The position numbers were made by a program, and so were the translations under genes. Positions 25,951-40,210 of a DNA stretch of 64,000 bases are shown piece after piece. Within the stretch, counting starts at the first letter, position 1. Each line of letters opens with the position of its first letter. The notes below the pieces were generated by a model that was given only the letters and a program-made list of their open reading frames with translations, did not search any database and was not told the DNA's origin. This DNA is from Geosiphon pyriformis uo1 (lineage: Eukaryota; Fungi; Glomeromycota), in contig JAAOMT010000638.1 in NCBI GenBank assembly GCA_016748015.1, forward strand, positions 72,550-136,549, written 5' to 3'.

Positions 25951-26736
25951 ATTCTAGGTTTTCCAAAACATATTTGTTTTATAAAAATAGCATTTTTATT
26001 TAAATTTTTGTGTCAAAAATAGTAAAAAACTTATTTTATTATTTGATAAAAAAGTAACACGTTATAAATTAGTTTCATTCTATCGTTTTTCATTTTGTAC
26101 CTTGACATTTGCCATAATGCATTAAATTAACTTTGTAAAAAAGTATTCATGATACGATTTTTTCAAGTCATGGGAATCATAAAAAATAATATCGGATGAT
26201 CAAGTAAGGAAATTTTTACATGTAAATTAAAATGTATTTCAAGAATTGACCATTTATAACCTAATTTATAAAAATGAAACTAACTTTTTCAATGCAATCA
26301 CATGGCAATAATTTCTTAAATTCAGGGGAAATTAGTCGAGCATATCTTCTTTTTCGTTCTATAGAGAGACCAGTTAAATAGGCCATGTTCAAATATTGAA
26401 TGAATTAATAAAGCGTGAAAATGGCAAAAAAATTAAATTTTTAATTAAATTTTTTACACGAGTTCCATATTTTGATATTCCTTAACAAGTGGCCCATTTA
26501 CAATGGACCTAAAACCGGTACGATTTACTTTCATAAAGAGTTTGAATAATTATGCGGATAAGTTTGTAATCGCATATTGAGAATTAAGTTTGAATTCTTA
26601 CAATCGTCACACCAAAAGAAAAATGTTAAGTTGAAATATTTTTAAAGTACGAATAGTACTATTTAGAAAGTAAATAACTTGCAAGCTTAGATATGAAAAT
26701 TGTTCCGATTATTTTGAAAAGAAATGGCGCTATGCA

Positions 26737-26747
26737 TAATAATAATA

Positions 26748-26786
<39 letters not shown>
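26737..26786. repeat. (AAT)n abutting (TAT)n, a self-complementary microsatellite upstream of the BTB gene
   Basis: ataataataataatt followed by attattatt... Confidence 0.85.
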
Positions 26787-26986
26787 GCCTTACTCGATTG
26801 GGAAAACCCATGAAACACAAATTCTTTTTTAGCTTTTAACAGTGCAGAAAAAAATGTTCACAATATTATGCGAGCCTATCGTGAATGATGTTAAAAGAAA
26901 CAAAAAGAGCGTTGTTTCAGTAACATTCAAAATTTTCGGTAAAAGATTTTGAATTCATTTGCTATCATAATAACTCCTAATCAATA

Positions 26987-27788
26987 ATGCCGCACAATTC
27001 TAATATTCACGATGAATCTGTCGTAAGTATTTAACAGTATCTCCTCATCAAGCCATAGAATTCAATTTCACTTTTAACCCAGAGAATTGCTTTTCCCTAT
27101 ATCACCAGACCACCAATTTACAATCTCTCATCCGAAACCACTTGATAGAAAACAGTAACCAAATTCAATCTATGCTTCTTGCTCAACAAAGAAGGCAAGA
27201 ATACCTTTATTCTATAGGAAAATACTTTTGCTTTGATGCAGTAGATCAGTCAGATTGCACTCTAATCGTCATGCAGGAAAATCCCGAGACTGAAATCAAA
27301 ACAGTTTACAAAGAATATCCTTGTCATCAAGTATTTTTGAATCTAAGAAGTCAATATTTTAGAAATATTTTTTCTGCATTAAATTATGTTGTTGGATTAG
27401 AAACCAACAGTCGAGTTCGTATTCGAGTTGTTTTAAAGGAACCAGAAGTTTCCAACTTTGAAGAATTATTATATTGGGTAAACGTAATTTTCAATCATAT
27501 TCTTTCATAAAGTAATTCCTTTCATCAGTTCTTTAAATATTTTCTTTTGATCATTAGATGTATACCAATGATACCAAGAATTGGGTTCAATATGGATTCA
27601 CACCACAAAATCACCATTTGATTGCGCAAAATGTTCATATTTTGGGTTTGGGAAGAAAAGCAATGGAAATTTGTATTCGCTATAAATATATGCTTCAAAT
27701 TCCACCGAGGATTTCAGACGCTTCGAATCTTAATATTGAGCAAAGTCAATATGGCCAAGGAAATAGTGATCATGATTGCTATTCATAG
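26987..27788 (+). CDS. BTB/POZ domain protein. Exons 26987-27022, 27109-27477, 27558-27788, 211 aa
   Basis: SDCTLIV, YPCHQVFLNLRSQYFRNIF and NFEELLYW|MYTND are BTB hallmarks. Both introns are GT-AG and in phase; the first exon is less certain. Confidence 0.85.
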
Positions 27789-29702
27789 ATGTTTTTTTCT
27801 TTTAAAATTTCTTGATAATTTTATGATTATAGCATGTTTTACATTTTATAGATATGAAATTAAGTTTCAAAATTATTCTTGAAAAATGAAATATATATCA
27901 GTAAATGAATATATTTTTATAAAAAAAAATGGAGCCAAGTTTTAATGGTTCACTCAGAGTTTTAAGCTTAAATCAATATAGAAACAGCGTGAAATGTATG
28001 CTTTTTAATTTTTTTCCTTTCATCATTCCAATAAAAGGTTTAAAAAAGTGAAATTATTCATGAGGATTAAAAATTTTATTCAAATTGTTATTAGGTTTCT
28101 TCAGATTTTTTGCTGAGCACTTTAATTCCAAAATGTCAGAATTCAAACTATATTACATCCATAATCATAGAAATTACACGGGAAGATTTTAGCACAACAG
28201 CTAAAAACTTTCAGATTGCAAAAAACTTATGCACTCGGGAACCCAAAGTAAATAAAAATGGGGGGCAAATAGAGTTATTGGCAGTTATAAAATCAGCTTA
28301 GCAAAAATCATGTAGATGTGAGGCCCAAAATTTTCTGATAATATAAAATTTGATATTCGTAGTCTTTGAATCTTTTTTAATATAAGTCTGGTGAGTATTT
28401 TGTGTAAAATTAATTGAAGCTATAAACAGATTACAGCGAGCAAGGATGAATCAACAAAATAAGTATGAGATGAATCTAGAACATTTTCATGTGATAGATA
28501 AGTAGCTACAATGTGGTACAAAAAATAATTGACTTGCAAATATAACTGTTATATTTTATTAAGGCATCAAACTATATAAAAAAATTATACAAAGCTTAAA
28601 ACCACATGATTTTAATAAAAAAAAAGATTAATACATATTTTTTCCCATTTTGTTTAATAAACATTTCTCAAATTGAATTAGATAATGTTAAAAATAAATG
28701 TATTGTCTTTGTTTATTTTACTTTATACGAATTGTTGACTTATGTTAAAAAAATTATTTATTAAGGAAGAGTTTATCAGTCACATTTATAGTTTGAGATG
28801 AATGGTAAAATTAATAAAGAAAAAATTAAATACGGGTTTCTTATATCAAACTTAATCATGGAACATATATATATGTTTTGAATTGTTGCTCTACAATTGT
28901 CTTTTAAACACATGAGTTGTATTTCAACTGCGATTTAAACTTAAAAAAAAAATAAAATCAAAGTTTTTTTTTCAAATTTGTTTTCAGCAAGAGACTAGAA
29001 AATTATCGAAAAAAAAGCTGGACAGTCCTTTTAAAAAAAACATTATAATCTTGATAAATTTTCTTTGTTCAATTATTTATATGATGCGGTGATCTATATG
29101 AAACTATTGTCAAATATGGCTATAAGCATAGTGCTTCGTTTTGATAATGTATAAAAAAGAAACAGTCGATGTTTTGACCTTTGAAATTTGAGAAATTATC
29201 GGAGATGCTAAACACGTAGTATCACCAAGGCTTTAAAATTTCAACCAGGCTTTTGATTATTTATTAAAAATTTTTCTTATTTAATTGTTACAAAAAGTGA
29301 ATTAAGAATACTCTGTAATTTTTTTTCCCGGAACTCTTTGACGGGAAATAGGTTTGGACGAGAATTCTAGGATAAAAAATATCTTATTGTAATTTTATTA
29401 ATTTCATCATAAATAAAATTAGAAAGATGCTTAAACTAATAACTTTTAGCGTCTTAAAATTTAAGGAAACATTTTTACTAGTGTCAATTTAAAGTTTAAA
29501 GTAGAAAAAACTTTTTTTAATATTGTAACTTTAATGATAATATTTTATGTTTTCGAACCTTTTTTTTTTATGCATTAAAATGAACTTAATAAATATTTTG
29601 TCATTTTTATGAACATGAATTTAAATACAAGGGAAAATTTATATATTATAATAATTTTTTATAACAATTTGAGATTTTAATTAAAAATGCTTTTTTTATG
29701 TA

Positions 29703-31007
29703 CAGTCGCCTCCGAAATTAACGCCTGATTTTGGTGTAACAAAGTACCCGAACATACACATTTCGTTTACCCCCTTGTTATTACTTTTTGGGCTAAAATT
29801 TATTTCTTTACTTCTCCATTACCTACTCAAACATTACGCGAAAAAAAATCGGAATAAATATGCCTCGTACTCGCTCTTTATTAATGCTGAAGATAAAGGA
29901 AAAATTTTCGCATATCTCGAAGAAATGAATGCTGAGCAAGTCGCAAAAAAAATGGAGCGTGATCCCACAACAATACGACGTTTCATTAACAAGTATCAAA
30001 AGACCGGGAAAATCGAAAATTTACCACGATTTGGACGCCCACCAGCTCTCAATAACCAAACAAAAAGTGCTCTCTTACGAAAAGTTAAAAATGAACGACG
30101 TAAACCACTACAAGAGATTGTTGATGATTTGAAGCTTAATTGCAGTTTAACAACAGCCCGTCGAGTACTTCATGGCATTCGAGGTTATATTGCAGCAAAA
30201 AAGCCTTTTATTTCAGAAAAACAAGCAAAAGCACGCATTCTTTGGTGCAAAAAATATCAAAATAAAGACCTTTATTTTTGGAGACTGGTAATTTTTTCAG
30301 ATGAAACCAGTGTAGAAATCGGCAAACAATCTGGACAAGTTAAATTATGGCGTCATATAGGAGAAAGATATAATATTGAATGCTTGACCCCTAGCTTCAA
30401 AAGTTGTCGACAATCAATAATGGCTTGGGGATGCTTTGTTGGAGAACTTAGAGGTCCATTGACATTTTGTGATGAATACAAGGAAAAAACGGAAAAGATT
30501 ACAGCAAAAACAATCTTAAGATTATAGAAACTAATCTTTTATCATTTCTTACTGTTACTCATGATTTAGTAGCAAGAAATCTAATATTTCAACAAGACAA
30601 TGCTCCTATTCATAATGCTAGAATTACGAAAAAATGGTTGAAAGACAAAAATATTGAGATTATGGATTGGCCAGCCAGTTCTTCTGATCTAAACCCCATA
30701 GAAAATGTGTGGAAAATAATGAAGCACAATATTCAAAAACATGAAAACTTTCCAAGAACTATAGAGGAACTTAAAAGTGCTCTAAAGAAGGAATGGTCAA
30801 GTTTTAATATGTCAGTTTTGAAACGGGTTGTAGACTCAATGCCACAAAGATTTGAAGCAGTATTGGAAGCAAATGGAGGGCCAACACACTATTAATTATA
30901 TATATATAAAAAAAGTTATATGTATATAAGTTAGGTTTAAAATAAATCAAATAAACATTTAAAATTGTATAAAAAATAAATTCGGGCGTTAATTTCGGAG
31001 GTGACTG
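29703..31007 (+). mobile_element. Tc1-family DNA transposon, complete ends, 1305 bp
   Basis: TA flanks at 29701-2 and 31008-9. TIRs CAGTCGCCTCCGAAATTAACGCCTGA vs CAGTCACCTCCGAAATTAACGCCCGA (reverse complement of the right end). Confidence 0.95.
29860..30895 (+). pseudogene. Tc1 DD34E transposase, frameshifted
   Basis: Likely start MPRTRSL at 29860, frameshifts near 29880 and ~30510-30530. HTH, GRPP, AAKKP, VIFSDE, FQQDNAPIH and SDLNPIENVW are present, with 34 residues between the second D and E. Confidence 0.92.
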
Positions 31008-32433
31008 TACAATAAAAAAGGAACTTTTGGCTTTGTGTCTGTAATAAGAATTTATAATTTTTTCGAACGAAATTTTTGATACATTTTTTAATCATAGCAT
31101 TTTAAAAATTGGTTTAATTTCTAATAAAAATTGTATTTTTTTCTGATAATGTTAGTACATTTATCAGTTATTATATCACTTTTTAATTGTTGTCTCGGTT
31201 CATTAATATTTATCCCTCCCTTTTTTTAAAACATGAATAACTGATCAAGTTCATTTATGATTGAAAATTTCAAAACGTGATCAAATCACAGATGACGAAA
31301 TTACTATTTAGAAAGTAACCATTTATGGTAAAAAGAAAATTTCTAAATATTACGACCAATCATATCTATCTATTTTTCCTTATTATAGGGCTTTCAGTTC
31401 TTTGATGAAGGAATACTCAAATTAGATAAGCAAGGAATTAATTTTTTTCAAGTCATTATATTACTTTGTGATGGATTGAGCTTTATACTGTGCTTCAAAG
31501 CTGTTAACTTTAAACCGATTTCATACTGCCATTATAGAAGAAAATGGTTTACCCAAAAATGGCTTAACCAAAATATGATCTAAAAAAACATTAATTCAAA
31601 GGATTTCTAAAAATGTAACATAATTCTTATATGTAGATGTCTTTTAAATATTTTTGACAGTAACCATTTTTCAGCCGACTAATTTTTCCAAAAAAAAATG
31701 ATGCTTATATTTTAAAACTATTTTTACACGATTAATAATTTCATATACAAGTCTTGATTCACAAAACATACATAAATAATGTTGGAATAGAATCTCATTT
31801 AATGAAAATAAGAATTAAGATTTTCTGTCTTATCATTACATACTTTCAACTAAATTTTTATAATATTTTTCGTTGCGCTTGCTATAGTCTTTTACATAGA
31901 AAAGAAGTATCGAAATAATTTAATTAAATGAAACAGTATTTTTATTTAGACAGAAATATAAACAAGTGCATTATCAGAATTGATCGAGCATTAGAGACAG
32001 TGCAGAATCTAACCTTTCTCACCATAAAATTTTTTAAAAAAAGGACTAGAGCGTGGCTAAAAAATTTTAGACTTGATGATCTATTAGCCCGAGAGTGGAA
32101 TAGGTCTTTGTATCAGGCAATCTTTTTCACAAAAGTGTAAGCACAGAAACTATCAAAGAGCTCACCAGAAGAAAATATCGAAGGACATTTTTTAAGGTTG
32201 ATCACAATGAAGACCACAGGCTAATCGATTTGTGCCATAGGAGACCTAAAGGAAATAGCGAAAAGGAAATAGTCATTTTAAAACTAATTTTATTTCAAGA
32301 TTAAGGGAAAATTTTATAAAAGGGGGGAAAAGATTCGTCTATTCAAAATCTCTTAATCCACACTCTAAAACATCAAAAGAAGTCTTTCCTATACATTTTT
32401 TTAAAATTTTAAAAAGCAAAAACATTCATTAAA

Positions 32434-32703
32434 ATGATTGATAAATGCTTTAACATCCAGATTTGCACAGTTAACTTTCTCTTGTCTGCTCTTTCAACGT
32501 CTAGTGCAGCTTCATTATATTCAAAGAGAACGGTTGTCAATCAGCCAAGTAGCCCAAATTATCAAGGTCTTACCAGCGAAACTCTTAACGACAATGGTGA
32601 GAATTTTTTGATAGATATAGTAACTTGCAAACTGGTACTTTCCCTAAGACTTGAAATTTCAATCTATTTAGTATCTGGTATCCGTCGGATTTGTCGTTCA
32701 TAA
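32434..32703 (+). pseudogene. Possible 5' part of a secreted-protein gene (signal-like segment, KR site), downstream structure unresolved
   Basis: FLLSALSTSSAASLYSKR then NG|gtgag donor-like site at ~32598; upstream TATAAAA near 32315. No convincing continuing exon found. Confidence 0.3.
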
Positions 32704-34649
32704 ACAAATCAATTATAAATAACTTTCTCAACTTATTTTATATAAATATTGTATTAATTAAAATATATTTTTTTAAAATGATTACTTCAATGTGTAGTTT
32801 AACCACTATCTACATATATAAAACATATACATGTCTTTAAAATAAAAGTAGCTCATGTGCTTTTTACATGTAACCAGTCATTAAAATTTAAAAAATGGTT
32901 TTTTTTTAGTTTTTATTAAAATCTTTTTTTTAAAAATGAAAAAATAAATTTCATTTATAATTATTTTTTGTTTAATAAAATATGAATTGTTTACATTATA
33001 TTTATATATAATGAATACTTATTTAATAAATGGTTATAATATTATTTAATATTTTGTAATTAAAACAAAATATATAATATATATTATAATTTTTCAGTTT
33101 CAACTTTAGTCTTTATGTTACTTATAACCTGGCAGAAAAATTTGTTGATCCAACAAAGATGCATCTTATCAATTTATCATCCTATTGAAATTTTAAAATT
33201 TTAAAAGTTTTAATTGCCAATAGAAATTCTTGCTAAAACTTCAACTCTTTTGAAATACACCTATGATCGATCTCGCATCAACTTTTAAGTTTTTTAAGAA
33301 TGCAGGGATGATAAACTCAAATTTATTATGTTTGATTTGTTCAAAAATGCAAGTTTTATGTTATACAACCGAGATTACTTGTTTTATATTGGCAGAAATG
33401 AATTTTTGTATAAGTGGTGTTTTTTATGTTTAATATTTTGTTTAAGGGCAAGTGGATTTCTATACTTGAAATAAATATCCTAAAGCGTATCGGAAACCAT
33501 GGTGAGCGAAAAATTCCAAATTCATTGGTAGGTTTAATTGAAAGTTTTAAATCTTTTCAAAAATTAAATAAAAATACATATATCTATTGATAAATGTTTT
33601 GTTTTATAAATTACAATTAAAAATTTTCTTACTCATTATCATCCCCTCGGTTTATTACTGCCGAGTCAAGTACATGTTTGATCCTAGCTGCTTACTTCCC
33701 ATGATCATTTGAGAGCCTTTTCTTTTATAATTTCTGTGTCTCAACATGACAACTATACTGATGCATTGTGATGTCCAAATATATATTGAACACTTATTTC
33801 TCATTTTTTTATAATAAAATAATTCCAATTATATTTGTAAAAATAATTAAATACTCGATATGTGAATTTAATGTACAATCCTTACTGGCTTTTGATTTCC
33901 CCTGTACGCAGTAAAGATGGTACACAGTGCAGCTTTTTTGAACGCAAGTCCTTTTCCTCTATAAGTTCTGCTTTTATTCAAGGAATTTATAAGGGATTGT
34001 TCACTTGCAGTTGCTGAAAACCCAATCTTTCGATTCAAGGACTATTAATTTAAAGAATGAAAATAAACACTAGAATGGTTTGAATTTTGAAGTAAGTGCC
34101 GAATTTTTTATTATGCTAAAAAGTATATGAATAACGTTACTCAAAAAAATGTGAAATTTAATGATGAGTCATATTTAAACATAATTTTATACTCTCTAAG
34201 TGATACACAAACAAGATAGGTATTATGCAAAAAAAAAAATTTGACAGCTGATTATCAAAGTTTCTTCGTTTTTATAATAGATGGAACAAAAATTTTGGTT
34301 CTAAAGACTAATTAAATCTATAATAATGGAAAAATTAACTATAATGATTCTTCGAATTACTAGTACCTCGAAAGCTTTATAATAATTAAAAATTTTATAT
34401 CTCATTGCATAAAATTTTATTCAATCAGGAAAATCTTTTGGAGCCACAACCTTAAAAGGATTTATTGAAGCACAAGCTTTCAAGACAAATAAAATAAAGA
34501 GTTTGTCTATATCTATATATATATATACAATCCTTTCGAGAAATTATGCGAGAAAATGCGGATAACTCATGTATTTAATTTAGTTATGTGTCTCCATTTT
34601 TTTAATGTTAAATGTTTAGCATGTTTTTTAGAAGTTTTTAGCTGGAAAC

Positions 34650-35850
34650 ACATATTATTACAGGAAAATGTAATGTTTTTATAGCAAGAATAATTCTAAA
34701 GAATCCTTTTGCAGCGTGTTATGCATTTTCCCTGAAATTTTTAAGTAAGTTATTGTTCATGGGTAATTAAGAGGCAATTCACAAAAAACAATTGGAGATA
34801 TTGTCTTTTGGCTAATTTTCATTGAGCCTGAACCTTCATGTTGCATATAGAATAAGGAGCTTACTGCATCCCAAAAGAATAGTCAAAATTTTGTTTCAAA
34901 TAGTTTTGAATTTTCTGTTTTCTACAAAGTATTAAAATGGACTGAGATATTCTCGACTCAGGGCTTAAAAACCCGAAAAATTAGTTCCTTCCTAAACATA
35001 TGAAAGAAGACCACTTTACTTTCTCGCCGCAAAACATTCCTTAAAAACATTGCTAACGTGGTGAATCTGGAAGGCTCCCTGTCATCTAAGAAAGCTTCTT
35101 TTAACAACCATCGTCTATCATATTGTTACAGATGACAGCTAATTCTCTAAATTTTCATTATCCGCTCATGTATTTTAGCCAATCAGATGGTTTTATGAGT
35201 CGGCTGATATTTTCTATCCCAAACCCGATTTATCAAAAAAAAAACTTGTCTTTGAACTTTTTGACCAATTTGAAGATGCTTGATCGAACATTTTCTAGTA
35301 ATTTAAGGTTAGATTTTTAAGTTTTATTGCATTATGAAAACCGCATGGTTTCGTCGTGAAACCTAATTATTGGCTTCAATAGAGTAAGTCTTTAAAGTCT
35401 GACTTAACTTCATGGTAAATGTTTATTTTTATAAAACTGGTTGAAAAAGCTTTTTCTCATAGGTGAAAATTAATGAAATCAAAATATTAAAGAGTCCTTT
35501 GAATGATAAAGACGTCCCAAGTTTGCATTTATTTCTCAATTAAACCTTCCCAATAGAGTAAGCGAGTTTTCTGAGTCTAGCAAAAATTCGTTTTTTAGCA
35601 CAAACTTTACAATTTTTTCGTAATTTTAATACATTTACTCAGGCGCTCCCGATTATATTCGATAATAACAGGTAGCCGCAGGGAGGAGGCAGTTACCCAT
35701 TTTTCAAACACTTTTTCGCGCTTTTAAGTTTCGCTTTTCAATTTTTTTTTCATGTCGTGTTTCCTTTCTTGCTTGATTTCTTCCCTCGACATTTCAAAGA
35801 TTTTATTACTACATTGACAAACTCAGGTACTGATTTGAAGGGTAAAGTAA
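34650..35850 (-). pseudogene. Decayed coding-like region at the edge of the TE block, unidentified
   Basis: Higher GC with CpG retained. Minus-strand fragments such as WLLKEAFLDDREPSRFTTLAMFLRNVLRRE are broken by many stops. Confidence 0.25.
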
Positions 35851-38800
35851 TTATTTTCTATTTTAGTATTTAACTTAGTTTTTCTCGTCTAATTATGCAA
35901 AGCAATGACCTAAGAAAACCAAAAATTTTAAAATCTTATTAATTTGGAAATAAAGTGGGATCCCATTTAAAATTACTTTTAGTTTTTGATAGAAAAACTG
36001 GTTTCAAATGTATAAAAAATAAAAAAATGATTTATGTTAATGTTTTATTTTTATAATGAATGATTTTTATATTTTAATCAAATAAAACAATTATAAACAT
36101 ATTTAATATATAATTAAAAAATTTATGTTTTACTAGCAGTATTGTAATTGAAATTGAAATTAGAAAAAATCTAAAATAACAAGTTTTATGGTAAAAGTTA
36201 AAAATATTAATTTATGACAAAAAATTTATAAATATCTAAAAAATTAATAATACAATTAAGTTTAGAATTATATTTTATTTTATAGTTGGTTATTTGAGTC
36301 AATTTTTAACTATTTAATTTAATTTGGCTAATTTGTAATTTCGAAATGTCTTTTGTTTCATTCATTATATTATTACAAATTATAACAAAATCTTTGAGAT
36401 AAGCAATATTAAATAATAATTAAATTAATTCAAATAAATAAAAAAAATAAGATTTAATAAATTTCAATTTCAAAATTATGACAAATAATACATTTAATTG
36501 AAAATAAATAATAATCTGTTGAAAAATAATAATCAATAAACAATTAATATTATATGTTTTAATTAATTTGTCTTATTTTTAAAACAAAATAAATATTAGA
36601 ATTTAACTATTAATTCAAAAAAAAATTATTTATTTATTTAGTGTTTTTATTTTCAACAAAATTTAATTTAAATTCAAAATTTTTGTTAAGTGCTACCAAA
36701 AAAAACAATAAACTTAACAGTAATTTAAATATATAAGCCAAAATTTACAAAACAGCTTATATTAATTTTGAACATAACAAATAATTTAAAGCTAATTAAA
36801 TAAAAAAAACCAGTTTTACAAATTAAACCACATAATTTAAATTTCTATATTTATAATATTATTAATATTCTAAATATAATTATTTTTTAAAAATAACAAT
36901 AAATATCTTTAATAATAATAATTAAATTTAGACAATTAAAAAATGAAAAATTTTGATTTATATGATCAAAAAATTATTTTACTAGTTCTAAAAACTGTAC
37001 AATCTGGAAAAAAAATTATTAATTTGGTTTTAAAAAATATTTTTCAATAGAATTTTTTTTTAATTATAAAAAAATATTTTAATACTGTTTTTTTTAAAAA
37101 GAATTAACCAACAGTTTAAAATGAAAAAAATCAGAATTCTTAAAACCCATAATAATATGTTGTTATAAACCAGTAAATTTTAATTTAACATTAATAAGCA
37201 AACCAAATACTTTAAAAGCGCTTTTAATATTAACAGAAAAAAACAATTTATTATTTATTTTATCAACTTAAATTTTTTGGTTAAGTAATAATAAAAAATA
37301 AATTAGCAAAACCATATATTAAACATAATCTGCTTTGTTTTTAAAACCAATAATAATTAACCAAAATTATTTGTATTAAATAATACAGCCAAATAATAAT
37401 TTATATTTATAATAAAAGATAGACTATTGTTGTTATTATTTAAAATTAAAAAAGTTATTGTTTACAATATTATAAATATAAACTTTTTAAAACTTAAATG
37501 TAATAAAAAAAATATTTTTTATAAGTGTATATTCTAAACTAATTTTAATTCAATGTTTTTAATAAAACTGTTTATAAAATTAAAAAAACATCAATATATA
37601 GCAATTTAAGTTAATTATTAAAATTTTTATACTTAAAAATTAGTATTTATAATATTTCAAATTTGTACTATATTATAACTATTTAAGACCATAAATCATG
37701 TAACTTGACCAAATATTTAGTATATAATTTTTATTATTTTAGAATTATATTTTTTAAACGTGTTTTATATTATTAATGTACTTTTTTTGTTAAATAGCTA
37801 TTTTTGTATAAATATGTTCAATTTTTTTTTTTATTTATACTAATTTATTGTATTTTATTTTACTTAATAATTTGGTATTAGTGTGTTGTATTTAAACTTA
37901 AAAATACATATTAATACTGTTTAAACTTATTTTAGATTTAAAAAAAATTTAAAACTTTTGTTAAATAATAGTTTATAAATTTTAACTTTTAAATTTGCAA
38001 ACTTTACTACAAATTATCAAATTTTTATTTTAATATATACTAATTTAAAATCTGTAATTAAAAACTTTTACTTAACAAATAGTTTGTATTTGTAAATTCT
38101 CTTATTATAATCATTATGTTTTAATATTATATAAATAATAAATAGCTTTATTTAAACAAATTAGTTTATTTTGTTTATATTATTTTTTAATAAAACTAAT
38201 TTAAATTTAATAATTAACAATAAAATATAAAATTAACAATAAAATATAAAACTAATAATATTAAATAAACAAAATATTTGTCTAAAACTGTTTTTTTAAG
38301 TACTATATTATTAAAAATATATTATAAATAAATAAATTATATTTATTAAAATATTTTAAAAAATATTTATTTATGTTATTTATAATATATTAATTTATAT
38401 TATTAATATTTATAGTTAAAAATTTTAAAAACTTTTATTTTTTATTTTATTTAATATTTTATAAGTGTAATTTAATTACTATCTAGTATATATAAATAAA
38501 CTAAATATTTATAATTAAATATAATTCATGCTTTTTTTATATGTAATTAATTATTTAGGCCAATTAAAGCTATTATATATTTATTATAATACTAATACTA
38601 TTATTTAAACCAAAAAAATACATATTTACTATATAAACTAAACCTAATTACAAAAGTTTCATCAATATTAAACAAGTAAATTACATTATCTAAAAAATAA
38701 TTGGTTAAATTATATAAGCTATATAAAACAAAAAAGTTACTATTAATTAGAAAAATTATTTTTAATTAAATTATTATTTTTTATTGTAGTTTTATAATTA

Positions 38801-40210
38801 AATTTAATTATAAACCAGTTAATTTAGCATTTTTGAATATTAATAAAGCTTTAGCATATAAAATATTAAAAACAACACTTTTATATATAATAGTATACAA
38901 TGAATTATTTTATATTTTAGAATTAAATAAGTATATTATAGAAAACAACAAAAGTAATGCACTAAAAAAAACTCAATATTTTAATAAATCTGTCAAAAAT
39001 TTTAAATAAACACTAGTATTTAATCTATATATAAAAACATGATTTAAGAATTCAATCTTATCACAATATAAACAGAAAACTCCAAAGAACTTTTTATTAT
39101 ACAAATGTTTTTAAAAAGCAATTAAAAACTATTTATAAATAATTTTTATTAAATATTTATACAAATTAATTATATGCTTATTAGTAAAATCTGAGCTTAT
39201 ACTAAAATTTAAATATTATACTACAAACATGTAATATTAATTTATTTTACTAATTATATTATTAAAAACTATATTAATACTAGAACTAACTTTTTACTTA
39301 GTACAATTAATTATGTTATATATATTTTAAACAAAATAACAAAAATTATCTAAAACAGTTATATCATTAACTTAAAAAAAACACTTATAAATCAAGACTA
39401 AAAAAAATAAAGTAAGTTAACAATTTTACAAATCAACTTATTAGCAATCTTATTATTCAATATTTTTAAATAATCTTTGATCTTAATTTTACAACAAAAA
39501 TTTTTTATTATAAATAGAATTATAAATATGTCTTTTTTTAATTTAACAACAACTATAAATATCTAACAGAAACAAGTTAAGTTTTAAAACACAAGCATTA
39601 ATAGTTGTTTAATTTTTTAAAAAAATATTAATTACACTATAAAAAAAGATGTATTTCAGAATTAATAAGATAATTTGCAATTTAGCAAATATTAATAACA
39701 CCAAACCAAAAATTTAAATATCTATATCCAAATTCAAATTATTAAAATATGCAATAATTTTACTAGTTGTACTATGAGATTTCAGCTCTTTTAAAAAACC
39801 ATCTGTAAAAACACTGATAATTAACACCTTTGTTTTTATTAGATATTTTCTAATTACAAACAGACTATAATAATCTATATTAATTTAATGACTAAGAACA
39901 GAATAAGATAACATATTTGTTTTACAAAAAATTATGTTTTAAAAAAATTACTAATAATAACAAACCAATAAGACACTAAATCTTTGAATTAAGTTTTTGC
40001 AATAATAAAAAGTTTTTTAATTAAATATGCAACCATATTTGTTTAATAATTGTTTCTTAAAAATCACTTTAGGTCTTCTTAAAAAACTAATCATATTATA
40101 ATGTAATTTTATATCTAAAATAATCGAAATAAGAGTATTATCTAAATCAAAAAATGTTAAGAAAAGAAAATTTTTTAATAAAATATTACAATCTAAAAAA
40201 ATTTTAACTA

